Positions 38,501-53,894 of a stretch of DNA of 64,000 nucleotides are shown here, one piece after another. The notes under the pieces were generated by a model. It was not told the origin of the DNA. It worked only from the letters and a program-made list of their open reading frames with translations, and made no database searches. A program made the translations under genes and the position numbers. Source of the stretch: Eukaryota sp. TZLM1-RC (taxonomy: Eukaryota; Protista; Metamonada: BaSk clade). The stretch covers positions 1,426,001 through 1,490,000 of the forward strand of contig JAUPSS010000006.1 in the NCBI GenBank assembly GCA_040285825.1, given 5' to 3'. Numbering within the stretch: position 1 is the stretch's first letter; each line of letters begins with the position of its first letter.

Positions 38501-38648
38501 CGTTGACCAAAGACAGTGTAGGCAGCATGAATGTGAGAACTCTATCAAATGACCAATTGCCCGTCACAGTATTTTGTGATTCAAATGCTATTATTATTTT
38601 CTCCAAAATAAACCCTACCTTAAAAATTTCACCAAAAAAACCCTGTGA
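35545..38648 (+). CDS. Gene X copy 7 (type B), full length; many homopolymer frameshifts
   Basis: Colinear with copy 4 through to the stop. The disruptions I could trace are mostly extra bases in A/T runs. Confidence 0.6.
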
Positions 38649-39771
38649 TTGTTTATTAAGGTAGATGAGTCTATTTAAAAAGCTTAGTTTTTTTGTTTAT
38701 ATTTGAAAAAAACCCTGCTGTTTCACAACTTCCACAATGTTTCAGAACATATGCATGAACCATTGCGAATGAGTTTTCATCGGTTACCTTATCTTATATT
38801 TGTTGTTATATGTTATAGACTATTTTATTTTTTGCATAAATATGTTTGAACATTCCTATTGATCAATTATCACTAAAAAGTGTATTCAAATTCACCACAG
38901 CTCACTTTGCATCATGCTCTGAATTGTTCGGAATTGATAACTGATTGTTCTTCATAACATGATGCTGTTAGAGGCACTGTGTTCAATATGGCATGAACTG
39001 CCTGAATCTGGTGTATTAAAGAGCCTCTGGTGAAAGATGAACTGTCATTGAATATTTTTAGTTGATGACAGGGGTGATATATAATGCGATAGGGTTGCGG
39101 ACTCTAAAGCTGCTGTTGACGTTGTCTTCTGTAATGTGCCAAATGAGAATTAGTTTTTTTGTCAATTTGAATTTTTATTAAGTGTTGTAGTTCAATAAAA
39201 CAATTCAATTATGTAAGGAGGTTGAAACAATTTTTTTCTTCTTATTGTTACAAATATTTGTTGCGAAACTCTTTTTGAGGAAATTCAGCAATTGACACAT
39301 GGTTATAAAACACGAGATCACAATCCAAGGAATAAATTGGATTTGTTGAGTTGGCATTCATCTTAATGAATGTTTAGTGGAATTACTTCTTATTAATTAA
39401 TACTAAGTAATATTTTTTTGTAGTTTCCATTTTACAGGATTATAAAGATTGACTGGAGTTTGCTCAGTTGGGTTTTTTTCTGTAGTTATAAAAAAACATA
39501 ATTCATTTTTGGAGTCAAAATCAAAAAAATATTTCTTGTATTTCAGTACCCAGACTTAATAGCACTCAATTTATTGAACCAACATTCCCTGTGTTTTTTT
39601 GAAATGAACTGAGGAGAGAATGAAACACAAATTTCAAATTATGAGCCATTTTGATAGAGCATCAGCACTTGAATGAGTAAATCGTATATGTGTAATTACG
39701 GGTAATGTTGCTTTCTAAATAATTATTTTAAATGAATTAACGTTTAAAGATTACGGTTAACTTTATAGAAC

Positions 39772-40422
39772 ATCTTCAATTTAGATTTTTAAGAATGCTT
39801 TCAATTCTGTATCTCGTTCTTCCATTTTTACCTTTGCTGCAAAAAGCATTTTTCCTGAAGTTGAGCCTTTTTTTCTATTCATTTTTATGGAAAATCATCC
39901 ACATTGGTCTATGAAAAACTTTGACCTGTTTTCGTCTTCAGGTGTTAAACAAGGTGATCCACTTGGTCCTTTTTTTCTTTTTGTCTGGCAATTCATCCAT
40001 TAATGTGCGAATTGAAAGAAAAAAATTCCCAGAAATAGATATTGTAGCATATATGGATGACATTTCTGTAATTTTTAACGCCGCAAAAAAGAAGATAAAA
40101 AAAATATGAAGAACCTTTGGCACAGTTAGGTAGAGTGGAACATGTGAAATATCAGTTTGTGCCGTTTGCAATTTCTCTTTTTGGCAATATTGGACCTTCA
40201 GGGTTGCACTTTTTTTGAAAATTTCAAAAAAAGTGTTACTGAATAGGTCTGGTAAAACAATGAACTCCACTTTCTGGATAAATAGAATTGTTTTCTGCAT
40301 TTTCAAGTCTATTCCAACATTGATTTCAAAGGCGCTTTTTAGCTATTGGTGTAGAATATGAACGTAATGCTGTGAGTAGGTTCAGTAATAGTGACGCTTG
40401 TTTGGAGGATATTGAATTCTAG
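39772..40422 (+). mobile_element. CRE RT/RLE deleted fragment, L spacer 3
   Basis: Copy of 16711..17343 with homopolymer indels. Confidence 0.85.
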
Positions 40423-41249
40423 ATGGTTTTTTTATCTCAATAATTATTCCAGTTTTAAAAATAAATTAAAGTATTATAAAATGTTTTTTATAGAACTATT
40501 TACAATAATTAATCACAAATTGATATCAATACATTCCCTCTACCACGATACTGAAAGTTTTGTTTTTTTGAACTGGGTCCATCCAAACAGTGATCAGTTG
40601 GTGATACAATTTTGTTATGGTTTTTTTGTGCTGTTGCCAGCATAAATTTTTGCTTATTAAAAAGACGGCTTAACCTCAAGGAAATTGTGTAAATTTTTTT
40701 ATTAATTGAGAAACAGAATTATGTATATGGGTTGATGAAAAAAATTCTTCCAGTATTTCCTCAAATGAGATATTTTTGTTCAATAAGTACTGTGCAAATA
40801 CTGTAATAAATATGAATATAATATACTATATATAATAATTATATTGTGCAACCTTGCCAATCCAAATGTCTTTAATATAAAGTCTTGGATCATTTGTTTT
40901 TAAGCTTATTTATTGAACTCAATCAATCAACCTGTGTCGTCTAGTATGGGAAATATATGGTTTTGAATGCTCAATACAAAACGACTGATCAGAAAAATCG
41001 AATGTACGACCACTTTCTTTGAGAAGATTTCCTAAATCATTTGAAAAAAATTGAGATCTAAAAAAATGGCCGTGTTCTTCCTGATGCCCAAGAAGCAAAA
41101 AAATCTTGTTCAGTTCTTCAACTGCTTATTCTTCCTCCTGTAAGGTTTTTAACTGCACTATTTTTCGGTCTTTTCGTTTCCTTTTTTTCAATGGTCACAT
41201 CATTCTGAAGCAGATGAATCGAATTTCATTGAGTACTGTTATCTCTTTG

Positions 41250-42570
41250 ACCATTTTTTTGGAAATCATTCAATAAAGTTTCTGCTTCATCTGATAATCT
41301 TCCATTTATCGAAAAATAGGAAAGCAATAAAAACCAGCTGTGTATTTCTATCAACATTAGCCTCCTCAGTATCTGTATCATATTTTTCTATGTCTTTCTT
41401 TTTGCTTTTAAAATCAAGAACACTTACAGGACCAAGTTTTTCCTCTGTGAACAACAGTATCATTTGCATCATTACATGAGACAAAGTCAAAAGTAGCTTC
41501 AGAATTATCAATCCAATCACAGTATACAGCAACTTTATCACCACAACCAAAATAATTCTGAGAACGTGTTTGCTTTTAGCAGAGGCTCTTTGTTACACGA
41601 TATGCTTACAGTTTGTGCTATATTGAAAAGAGTGTCTCTAGCAGGATCATGTAATGAAGAACGATAAGTTATCAATTTAGAACAATTCAGAGCATGGCGC
41701 AAAAGTGAGTTGAGGTGAATTCGAACAAATACATTTTTTTCTTTTTGATAATAGTTGATTAATGGGGATATTCAAATATAATCTCATTTTTTTATTACAA
41801 ATGCATCATTAGTAACACACAGTCCAAATCTTCGTGGTACAATTTTTTTACAAAAAAAGTGAAGAATCTGATGACTGGCATTCACAAACACCCTTTTTCC
41901 AATAACAATGAGTGAAGATTGTGATTTAAAACAGCCGAGCTGCATATATATATTATAAAGATCAGTTTCATACATTCCAGTCAATCGTTTCTAAAATGTT
42001 CGAAGAGTGTATTTTTAAATTTAATAGATTCTTTTTCTGGAATATTGCAATACAATGATGGAAAGCATCGACTCCATTTTTTTCTACATCAATTTTTTTG
42101 AAATTTCTTTATTTAATACGAAAAACAGTAGAACTTTTGCGTTATAAAAATTTTCCCGATCTGCAAATATTTCGGAAAACTCAAAGATTGCGTTTTTGCA
42201 TCCCCCAATAAAAACACACGAAGTCAGAATAGAAGCCCTCATCCAACTTAAAACCGCCATAATGTGGACTAAGGTAAGCATGGTCTGGAATTTAGAACAT
42301 TTTACATCCCAAAAAAATTGTGACAAAAACATTTGCACCTAACTCATCAAACTTCTGAGCCAAAGGCCTAGTGGAAAGAGGATTTTTAGATCGAAATATA
42401 TGATTGAAGTTGGAATTAAAACACAGTCTTATAATGGTAAATTTGATATGTCTCTGTACATCTATAGTCATCATTCGGTCAATTGTATCGGAAATTGAGT
42501 TCAACTTTTTTTAAACATTGTTTTTGGTAATGTCATCATTATTTCCTAAAAACGAACCCAAATGACGAAT
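41250..42570 (-). mobile_element. Inverted CRE fragment, L spacer 3
   Basis: Copy of 18150..19445; boundaries approximate. Confidence 0.8.
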
Positions 42571-43806
42571 AGCATCAATTGAATATAATTCGGCTTGAGG
42601 TATAATTATAATACAGTTTGAACAACATCATGATTTTTGAAGCAAATTTGTAGTCCAAATGTTGATATTCCTTTGTGCTATTTTTACAAAAAAAATCATA
42701 AGGTATTTCAATCTGTTCATGTTACTGCAGTGTTTTTCAAAATTGTTTTTTTGCAAATGGTTAATTTATCAACTTCCATTCAGGTATTAAATAGAATTAG
42801 TTTTTTTGTCAATTTAAACTTAAGTTTAAATTTAAGTGTTGTAGTTTAATAATGTAATTCAATTATGTCTGGAGGTTGAAACAATTTTTTTCTTATTGCT
42901 ACATATAATTGTTGGGAAACTCTTTTTGCGGAAATAATAAGCTGAGATGAGATGATGATGCAAGGGATTTGTATTTGATGTAGGGTTGGACGATGCGTAT
43001 CCGTAACTGTTACGTTACGTTAAATAACAGTAACTGGAACGTATTCTGAGCTCCAACCGCAACAACCACATTGCTACAATTCTGGGCACAGAATCTAACC
43101 TCGAAAACAGTATAAAACTGAATGTACGACCACTTTCTGTGAGAAGATTTCCTAAATCATCTAATCAATTGAGATCTTCAGTTCCAAGGGTACCAAAAAA
43201 ATTGAAAATGCAATTGGAACAAATTTTTATGTTTCTGTCCCTTTTTTTCCTTTTTTTGTCGCTTTTTTTGAAAGTCATTCAAAATTGCACTGGTTTAATT
43301 TCTCAGCAACCAAGGCTATTCGGTCTTCACCTAACAAATGAATCTTGAAAACAAAACATGCGTTTGAGATTAGGGCTGTATCCAAGTGAACTTTTTGAAT
43401 AATTTGCTTGTATTTGTAACAAAAAAACCGTCTGTCAATTTCCGTCGTATTGTGAGTTGTAAGAAATTTCTTCAATATCGGCCAGTTCTTCATAATGCTG
43501 TTCGTGATCCTAAGAATTATTCACAGTTTGGGTTTGTACATTAAGAGTAGAACCTTTGCAGCCACCAAGTAAAATAAGCTTCGGATGAATTAACTTCTCA
43601 ACTGTTGAGAAACTTTTTGTGTGGAATTCACCAAGGTAAAAAGACTCTAGAAAGTGCAATGATTTCAGAATTGTTGCTCGTATGATATCAAAAAGGAGCT
43701 CATGTTTGAGACTTTTTCCGGAATTCAGTGTCTAACGTAAAGAAAGAAGAATGAATACGTATAACAAAGGACATGGAGTTGTGTGATGAGATGATGATGC
43801 TTGGAA

Positions 43807-46708
43807 ATGCAGCTTTTTGTACTTACTTCTGAGATGCATCGATCAAATATACTTCACACCCTGCGCTCGTGGTTTTCTTCAGTACCTGTGGAGCAAGACC
43901 ACCTAGATCTCAAAAAGATCCAACCCCTTTCAATCGTATCCAAGCACTACATTTGAATCTACCCACAAGTCTTTCCTTCACACAATCTGTGGTCTTCATA
44001 ATACTTTGAATCCTTTTTGTCACAGAGAACAACATGAAAGCTGTTTACATTATCTTGCTCAGTGAAGAATCTGTTGAGATAGAGCCTTTCAAACCAAGTT
44101 AGTTGACCTCCCTAGTCTCCCTGATATGAAGCCTTACCCTTATAAAAATTAATCTCATTAGTGCCATGTCCTACTATTTGAATTTCGTACCAGATTTTTC
44201 GTGTTCATTATCTCTTTGATATAGCCTCGAAAAAGATCTATTTGGATGATAGAGTTCTTCGTTAGTGACAAGTGCTTAATGATCAAGAATACAATTCCTA
44301 TGCTCTACAAAAACCTTATACAAACTTACTTCAGTCGCATTGAAAATAGGTCTGTTCTTTTTCGAGACCTTGATGAAAGTCAAAAAGCCCAGTTTCTGAC
44401 AAATTTTTCCTTCAGTTTTGCCCAAATCAGTTTCGGAGACCCGTGGGTGTGCTGTTTTGTTCAATTCGGAGGAATTCACATCAATATTGCAACAATATTC
44501 TCATTTTTGTTTACAATTTGTTTGCATATCCATTTGTAACGTATTTTTGATACGGCATCTGAGTCGTTATTTAGTACTTATGAAGCACAACTTGTTGAGT
44601 TATCAAATATTAAAGCTGCACTACATGTTTCAGCCAGGGAAGATATCAATTGTGCTCCTAGTCAAGTTTCTCCTATTAATGGTAAAACCTTGTTATGTTT
44701 ATAAGATGGATCCAAACTTTAATATGCGTAATTTAATCAAAATTTCATTTTGTCAATTATCAAACCTAATTTTCAATTTGTTAAATACTTACGATCCCAT
44801 TGTCGATTACCGCTTCCCTTTTTAAACATGCGGCTCTCAATGGGCCTAATCAACATCTCTCCGTCATTAATTTTCAACCTTTCGCCAGCGACGAAGATGC
44901 ACTTCAAGCTCTAGAAAAATTTTTTTCAAGGAGGTAGGGTACATCCAAGCCTTTTTTTCTTATGAATGTGATCATTCAGTTCCAGTACATTCTGGAATGA
45001 AAGACATTTGCCAAGAATTTAGCGACTTATCACCAAAAGGAAAATATGTTACTTGCGTCCAACGGAAATCACCGTGTATTGGACTAACAACTGCTATTTA
45101 TTTTGCATTATCGAAATTAAAACAATGTGGTTTGTTATCAATTGGAGAAATTTGTGTCTGATACCCCCGGACAAAGTATATGAAAGTCTTATCTATATTA
45201 ACAGTGTAGTTTTTATTTTTGTAAGGATTTGCCGTTGAACAATGTACACAAACTCATGAATACACTTAGCCAGAGACACTTTCAGTTTTTTATTTGGTGT
45301 ACATTGGAAACAAGTTACCGGCCTTGAAAGAAAGGATGTTTCGATACAAAAAAATACACGTATGAAATGAATCTTTATAGAGACAATTTTTATTTCTACT
45401 TTGAACAAACGTTGTGATCAATTAAACAAAAAAAACTAGGACGACATGTTGAAAAAAAGATTTCTTATATATAGGAATTGCATTATTTAAGAAGAATTTT
45501 TTTCCTTAGCTGAGACTACAGTTAAGAGTTTGCTCGATTCAATGTGGAAGAAACTGAACGATCGAGATAAAGGACTATTTCTATTTTTATTGTCTTGTTT
45601 TCGGTGACTGGGAAATCAGAACAATTTCCCCTTGATTTATTCACTTCTGAAAGATTTCATTCTAATTTTTGAAAAAGTTGCCTTGTTTTTAACAGAATTA
45701 TTCTCCCTGCTGTTGGAGCTGGTACAGGTCTATTTTTGTATAAATAGAACTGTTGCTGAAATAATTTGTTCTTCTTCAACCAACTCTGGCGAATCAACTA
45801 TTATGAATGCTTTTTCGTCTTCTTTGGGATTCTGGAAGCGAAGCATGGTTTCATTCTGTTTTTTTATAAAGGTTATTCGAAAGTTATTTCTTAATCGAAG
45901 AGGTAAAATTAAAAATTCAACCAAAAAGATGCTTTTGATCTCTATTTTTTTAATCCGATGTACTAGCGAAAATCTTCCTTCAGAATTATTATATAGTCAG
46001 CTTCAATGTTCGTTTTTTGAAAATTTGTGCAAAAAGAGGGATTCGAAGTTGAAAAAAACTTATAGATGAAGCCATTTGTATTTTTTTAACAACAGTGGCA
46101 AAATTGTTGAAAAAAATTTGGAGATTACGATGTGCCTGAAGGTTTTTGTTAAAGAACGTCAAATTTCTCAGTTCTTCACTATTCTAGGGGATACATTCCG
46201 TTATTTTTGCTCAAAAATTTGCATTCCAGGAGAGCACACTGTTTGGATCTCTCGTTGATTTCCTATCAACAGGCATTGGCTGAGGATTCCGGGTCTACTT
46301 TTTGCAGCGCATGGATTTTTTTATTGACATATTGTTGTTGTTATTTTTTTCGGGTAGAAATGATTTGGCTAACCGTTTTTTTCCACCAGCGAGTATCTCA
46401 CACATGAGTTATTTATTTCTTTTAGTTGAAAAAAATCCCCAGATTCCGTCCTTCAATTTGATTCATGGTTTACGAGTATGGGAGAATTTTTTTGCTGTCT
46501 CACAGTTTTGAAGCATTGTCTGATGATGAGCAACTAGCAGTTGGTAGAATATGGTCATTTTTTTCTTCATAAGTAAGATGTTATCTTTTGACGATCGAAA
46601 TTTGGTTTGGGATAATGATACTGTTGCTGAGTATATCAAAAATTCCTCAATCGCGACTATTGTTGCAACATGATGAAGATGATGATAATTCAGATTGTTT
46701 TTACATTG
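43807..46708 (+). pseudogene. Gene X copy 8 (type A), same 3' deletion as copy 5
   Basis: MKAV ATG at 44034; junction ttacattg|ttgctgattt at 46708. Confidence 0.9.
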
Positions 46709-47765
46709 TTGCTGATTTTTCATCACATTTGCACCCTCTATTCCCTTTATGATTACCCCATATGATTTCCGACAACTGGGAGTTGAACCCACAAACATTG
46801 GGATTTCTACTGTTATTTTGTTGGAGGTGGTGGTATTTGAACCTAGAACATGGTTTTGAGTGGAAATCTTTATTCTTATTTATTATTTATTTATTATTAA
46901 ACTAACTGAAAATTTCTCATGAAGGATGATTTTTCGCTGGTTTGGGTTTTTAGTTAATTATCATGTTTTTACATGTAAATGATATAATTTACCATTAACC
47001 TTAAGTTGGTTGATTGAACACAATTTAAACTTGAAATTTACCAATGCCAAAACTTAAGGTTCAGATGATCTAGATGATGAAGTTAGTGATGAAACATTAA
47101 GACCCTTGTTACAACTAATGTTGGCTTTGATGATGTAGTTGTTGTTTGTTATTCAAATGCTATTGTAGGGTTCCATTCATCATTATTATTATTTTTCAAT
47201 TTGAGAGTCTCCACCAAATATTGAGAGTAATTCTCTTTATTTTTGAGTTTCTATTGATAAACACATAAACGACTAATTAATCATCAATCATTCTGTTTTT
47301 TTAACTGTTGTAAGATGATTATGGTCAAGAAAGACCTGATTACGTGTTTCTGTATAGTCTACATGTTTTTTTGGATTTTTTTGGATGTTTGTTGACAACA
47401 ACCTTTTTATGTGATTTAACTAGTCTTAATATAGTCTTATTAATATATTTATATATGATTTTTTTATAACTAATCATTTAAATAATTACTTTTTTTCGAA
47501 ATGAAAAAAATGTGAAGCACTGTTATTATGGTGCAAGACAAGTCTGGTTTTTTTGTTTCCAAACATTGTGATAAGGACAACTACCATGTGAATACAGCAA
47601 CTTCACAATTATTAGAAGATTTTTTTGTGAGAAAAAAAACGTCTGAGTGAATATTTGAGTTTTTATCAATTCTATGATTAGTTTTATGATTAACATACCT
47701 AATACTTCAGTACTGACAATTTGTTACAAAGGGTCAATGGACTGAGAAGAATTATTTTTCCGATT

Positions 47766-49490
47766 GTGAAGGCTGTTTACATTATCTTGCACAGTGAAGA
47801 AACTGTTGAGATAGAGCCTTTGAAAACCAAGTTAGCTGACCTCCCTAGTCTCCTTGATGTGAAGCCTTACCCTTATAAAATTAATCTCATTAGTGCCATG
47901 TCCTACTATTTGAATTTCGTACCAGATTTTTCGTGTTCATTATCTCTTTGATATAGCCTCGAAAAAGATCTATTTGGATGATAGAGTTCTTCGTTAGTGA
48001 CAAGCGCTTAATGATCAAGAATACAATTCCTATGCTCTACAAAAACCTTATACAAACTTACTTCAGTCGCATTGAAAAATAGGCCCGTTCATTTTCGAGA
48101 CCTTGATAAAAAGTCAAAAAGCCCATTTTTCTGAAAAAAATTTTTCCTTCAGTTTTGCCCAAATCAGTTTCGGAGACCCGTGGGTGTGCTGTTTTTGTTC
48201 AATTCGGAGGAATTCACATCAATATTACAACAGTATTCTCATTTTTGTTTACAATTTGTTTGCATATCCGTTTTGTAACGTATTTTGATACGGCATCTGA
48301 GTCGTTATTTAGTACTTATGAAGCACAACTTGTTCAGTTATCAAATATTAAAAGCTGCACTACATGTTTCAGCCAGGGAAGATATCAATTGTGCTCCTAG
48401 TCAAGTTTCTCCTATTAATGGTAAACCTTGTTATGTTTATAAGATGGATGCAAACTTTAATATGCGCAATTTAATCAAAATTTCATTTTTGTCAATTATC
48501 AAACCTAATTTTTCAATTTGTTAAATACTTTACGATCCCATTGTCGATTACCGCTTCCCTTTTAAACATGCGGCTCTCAATGGGCCTAATCAACATCTCT
48601 CCGTCATTAATTTTCAACCTTTCGCCAGCGACGAAGATGCACTTCAAGCTCTAGAAAAATTTTTTTCAAGGAGGTAGGGTACATCCAAGCCGTTTTTTTC
48701 TTATGAATGTGATCATTCAGTTCCAGTACATTCTGGAATGAAAAAAACATTTGCCAAGAATTTAGCGACTTATCACCAAAAGGAAAAATATGTTACTTGC
48801 GTCCAACGGAAATCACCGTGTATTGGACTAACAACTGCTATTTATTTTGCATTATCGAAATTAAACAATGTGGTTTGTTATCAATTGGAGAAATTTGTGT
48901 CTGATACCCCGGACAAAGTATATGAAAGTCTTATCTATATTAACAGTGTAGTTTTTATTTTGTAAGGATTTGCTGTTGAACAATGTACACAAACTCATGA
49001 ATACACTTAGCCAGAGACACTTTCAGTTTTTTTCATTTGGTGTACATTGGAAACAAGTTACCGGCCTTGAAAGAAAGGATGTTTCGATACAAAAAAATAC
49101 ACGTATGAAATGAATCTTTATAGAGACAATTTTATTTCTACTTTGAACAAACGTTGTGATCAATTAAAACAAAAAAACTAGGACGACATGTTGAAAAAAA
49201 GATTTCTTATATATAGGAATTGCATTATTTAAGAAGAATTTTTTTCCTTAGCTGAGACTACAGTTAAGAGTTTGCTCGATTCAATGTGGAAGAAACTGAA
49301 CGATCGAGATAAAGGACTATTTCTATTTTATTGTCTTGTTTTCGGTGACTGGGAAATCAGAACAATTTCCCCTTGATTTATTCACTTCTGAAAGATTTCA
49401 TTCTAATTTTTGAAAAAGTTGCCTTGTTTTTAACAGAATTATTCTCCCTGCTGTTGGAGCTGGTACAGGTCTATTTTGTTAAATAGAACT
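47766..49490 (+). pseudogene. Gene X copy 9 (type B), 5' half only, same junction as copy 6
   Basis: tagaact|aaaaaaacgtctg at 49490/49491. Confidence 0.9.
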
Positions 49491-49623
49491 AAAAAAACGT
49501 CTGAGTGAATATTTGAGTTTTTATCAATTCTATGATTAGTTTTATGATTAACATACCTAATACTTCAGTACTGACAATTTGTTACAAAGGGTCAATGGAC
49601 TGAGAAGAATTATTTTTCCGATT

Positions 49624-52600
49624 GTGAAGGCTGTTTACATTATCTTGCACAGTGAAGAAACTGTTGAGATAGAGCCTTTGAAAACCAAGTTAGCTGACCT
49701 CCCTAGTCTCCCTTGATGTGAAGCCTTACCCTTATAAAAATTAATCTCATTAGTGCCATGTCCTACTATTTAAATTTCGTACCAGATTTTCGTGTTCATT
49801 ATCTCTTTGATATAGCCTCGAAAAAGATCTATTTGGATGATAGAGTTCTTCGTTAGTGACAAGCGCTTAATGATCAAGAATACAATTCCTATGCTCTACA
49901 AAAACCTTATACAAACTTACTTCAGTCGCATTGAAAATAGGCCCGTTCATTTTTCGAGACCTTGATAAAAGTCAAAAAGCCCATTTTCTGAAAAAAATTT
50001 TTCCTTCAGTTTTTGCCCAAATCAGTCTCGGAGACCCGTGGGTGTGCTGTTTTGTTCAATTCGGAGGAATTCACATCAATATTGCAACAGTATTCTCATT
50101 TTTGTTTACAATTTGTTTTGCATATCCGTTTGTAACGTATTTTTGATACGGCATCTGAGTCGTTATTTAGTACTTATGAAGCACAACTTGTTCAGTTATC
50201 AAATATTAAAGCTGCACTACATGTTTCAGCCAGGGAAGATATCAATTGTGCTCCTAGTCAAGTTTCTCCTATTAATGGTAAACCTTGTTATGTTTATAAG
50301 ATGGATGCAAACTTTAATATGCGTAATTTAATCAAAATTTCATTTTTGTCAATTATCAAACCTAATTTTTCAATTTGTTAAATACTTACGATCCCATTGT
50401 CGATTACCGCTTCCCTTTTTAAAACATGCGGCTCTCAATGGGCCTAATCAACATCTCTCTGTCATTAATTTTTCAACCTTTCGTCAGCGACGAAGATGCA
50501 CTTCAAGCTCTAGAAATTTTTTTCAAGGAGGTAGGGTACATCCAAGCCGTTTTTTTCTTATGAATGTGATCATTCAGTTCCAGTACATTCTGGAATGAAA
50601 AAAACATTTGCCAAGAATTTAGCGACTTATCACCAAAAGGAAAAATATGTTACTTGCGTCCAACGGAAATCACCGTGTATTGGACTAACAACTGCTATTT
50701 ATTTTTGCATTATCGAAATTAAACAATGTGGTTTGTTATCAATTGGAGAAATTTGTGTCTGATACCCCGGACAAAGTATATGAAAGTCTTATCTATATTA
50801 ACAGTGTAGTTCTATTTTTGTAAGGATTTGCCGTTGAACAATGTACACAAACTCATGAATACACTTAGCCAGAGACACTTTGAGTTTTTTTCATTTGGTG
50901 TACATTGGAAACAAGTTACCGGCCTTGAAAGAAAGGATGTTTCGATACAAAAAAATACACGTATGAAATGAATCTTTATAGAGACAATTTTATTTCTACT
51001 TTGAACAAACGTTGTGATCAATTAAAACAAAAAAACTAGGACGACATGTTGAAAAAAAGATTTCTTATATATAGGAATTGCATTATTTAAGAAGAATTTT
51101 TTTCCTTAGCTGAGACTACAGTTAAGAGTTTGCTCGATTCAATGTGGAAGAAACTGAACGATCGAGATAAAGGACTATTTCTATTTTTATTGTCTTGTTT
51201 TCGGTGACTGGGAAATCAGAACAATTTCCCCTTGATTTATTCACTTCTGAAAGATTTCATTCTAATTTTGAAAAAGTTGCCTTGTTTTTAACAGAATTAT
51301 TCTCCCTGCTGTTGGAGCTGGTACAGGTCTATTTTTGTATAAATAGAACTGTTGCTGAAATAATTTGTTCTTCTTCAACCAACTCTGGCGAATCAACTAT
51401 TATGAATGCTTTTTCGTCTTCTTTGGGATTCTGGAAGCGAAGCATGGTTTCATTCTGTTTTTTTATAAAGGTTATTCGAAAGTTATTTCTTAATCGAAGA
51501 GGTAAAATTAAAAATTCAACCAAAAGATGCTTTTGATCTCTATTTTTTTAATCCGATGTACTAGCGAAAAATCTTCCTTCAGAATTATTATATAGTCAGC
51601 TTCAATGTTCGTTTTTTGAAAAATTTGTGCAAAAAGAGGGATTCGAAGTTGAAAAACTCTTATAGATGAAGCCATTTGTATTTTTTTAACAACAGTGGCA
51701 AAATTGTTGAAAAAAAATTTGGAGATTACGATGTGCCTGAAGGTTTTTGTTAAAGAACGTCAAATTTCTCAGTTCTTCACTATTCTAGGGGATACATTCC
51801 GTTATTTTTGCTCAAAAATTTGCATTCCAGGAGAGCACACTGTTTGGATCTCTCGTTGATTTCCTATCAACAGGCATTGGCTGAGGATTCCGGGTCTACT
51901 TTTTGCAGCGCATGGATTTTTTTATTGACATATTGTTGTTGTTATTTTTTTCGGGTAGAAATGATTTGGCTAACCGTTTTTTTCCACCAGCGAGTATCTC
52001 ACACATGAGTTATTTATTTCTTTAGTTGAAAAAAATCCCCAGATTCCGTCCTTCAATTTGATTCATGGTTTACGAGTATGGGAGAATTTTTTTGCTGTCT
52101 CACAGTTTTTGAAGCATTGTCTGATGATGAGCAACTAGCAGTTGGTAGAATATGGTCTTTTTTTCTTCATAAGTAAGATGTTATCTTTTGACGATCGAAA
52201 TTTGGTTTGGGATAATGATACTGTTGCTGAGTATATCAAAAATTCCTCAATCGCGACTATTGTTGCAACATGATGAAGATGATGATAATTCAGATTGTTT
52301 TACATTGGCAACTGTTGTGGAGAAAGACCACCGAAATCTATCTTTAGAGGCAGCTACTCTGTTTCTTTACGGTGAAACTGATTGTGAATCTGTATTTAAT
52401 AATTTGGAAGATGTTTTCACTAGTAGTAGTAGTAAAAACTGTACACTAACTACAATGCTCCAATTATATTTTAAGCCTGATTTATTCCGATCCAAGAATT
52501 TCAACATTGTTCTTATTGATGACCAATTTATAAATCAACAATCCTGTTATCTTGAACTAAGAGATTCCAAATATAGGCTGTGTAAGGCACAGCAGGATTC

Positions 52601-52766
52601 TTACATGTTCATGCCAGCTGCGTTGACTAAAGACAGTGTAGGCAGCATGAATGTGAGAACTCTATCAAATGACCAATTGCCCGTCACAGTATATTGTGAT
52701 TCAAATGCTATTATTATTTTCTCCAAAAATAAACCCTACCTTAAAATTTCACCAAAAACCCTGTGA
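49624..52766 (+). CDS. Gene X copy 10 (type B), full length; homopolymer frameshifts
   Basis: Colinear with copy 4; the C-terminal ORF 52188..52766 ends KISPKTL. Confidence 0.6.
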
Positions 52767-53894
52767 TTGTTTATTAAGGTATATGAGTCTATTTAAAAAG
52801 CTTAGTTTTTTTGTTTATATTTGAAAAAAACCCTGCTGTTTCATCAACTTCCACAATGTTTCAGAACATATGCATGAACCATTGCGAATGAGTTTTCATC
52901 GGTTACCTTATCTTATATTTGTTGTTATATGTTATAGACTATTTTTATTTTTTTGCATAAATATGTTTGAACATTCCTATTGATCAATTATCACTAAAAA
53001 AGTGTATTCAAATTCACCACAGCTCACTTTGCATCATGCTCTGAATTGTTCGGAATTGATAACTGATTGTTCTTCATAACATGATGCTGTTAGAGGCACT
53101 GTGTTCAATATGGCATGAACTGCCTGAATCTGGTGTATTAAAGAGCCTCTGGTGAAAGATGAACTGTCATTGAATATTTTTAGTTGATGACAGGGGTGAT
53201 ATATAATGCGATAGGGTTGCGGACTCTAAAGCTGCTGTTGACGTTGTCTTCTGTAATGTGCCAAATGAGAATTAGTTTTTTTGTCAATTTGAATTTTTAT
53301 TAAGTGTTGTAGTTCAATAAAACAATTCAATTATGTAAGGAGGTTGAAACAATTTTTTTCTTCTTATTGTTACAAATATTTGTTGCGAAACTCTTTTGAG
53401 GAAATTCAGCAATTGACACATGGTTATAAAACACGAGATCACAATCCAAGGAATAAATTGGATTTGTTGAGTTGGCATTCATCTTAATGAATGTTTAGTG
53501 GAATTACTTCTTATTAATTAATACTAAGTAATATTTTTTTGTAGTTTCCATTTTTACAGGATTATAAAGATTGACTGGAGTTTGCTCAGTTGGGTTTTTT
53601 TCTGTAGTTATAAAAACATAATTCATTTTTTGAGTCAAAAATCAAAAAAATATTTCTTGTATTTCAGTACCCAGACTTAATAGCACTCAATTTATTGAAC
53701 CAACATTCCCTGTGTTTTTTTGAAATGAACTGAGGAGAGAATGAAACACAAATTTCAAATTATGAGCCATTTTGATAGAGCATCAGCACTTGAATGAGTA
53801 AATCGTATATGTGTAATTACGGGTAATGTTGCTTTCTAAATAATTATTTTTAAAATGAATTAACGTTTAAAGATTACGGTTAACTTTATAGAAC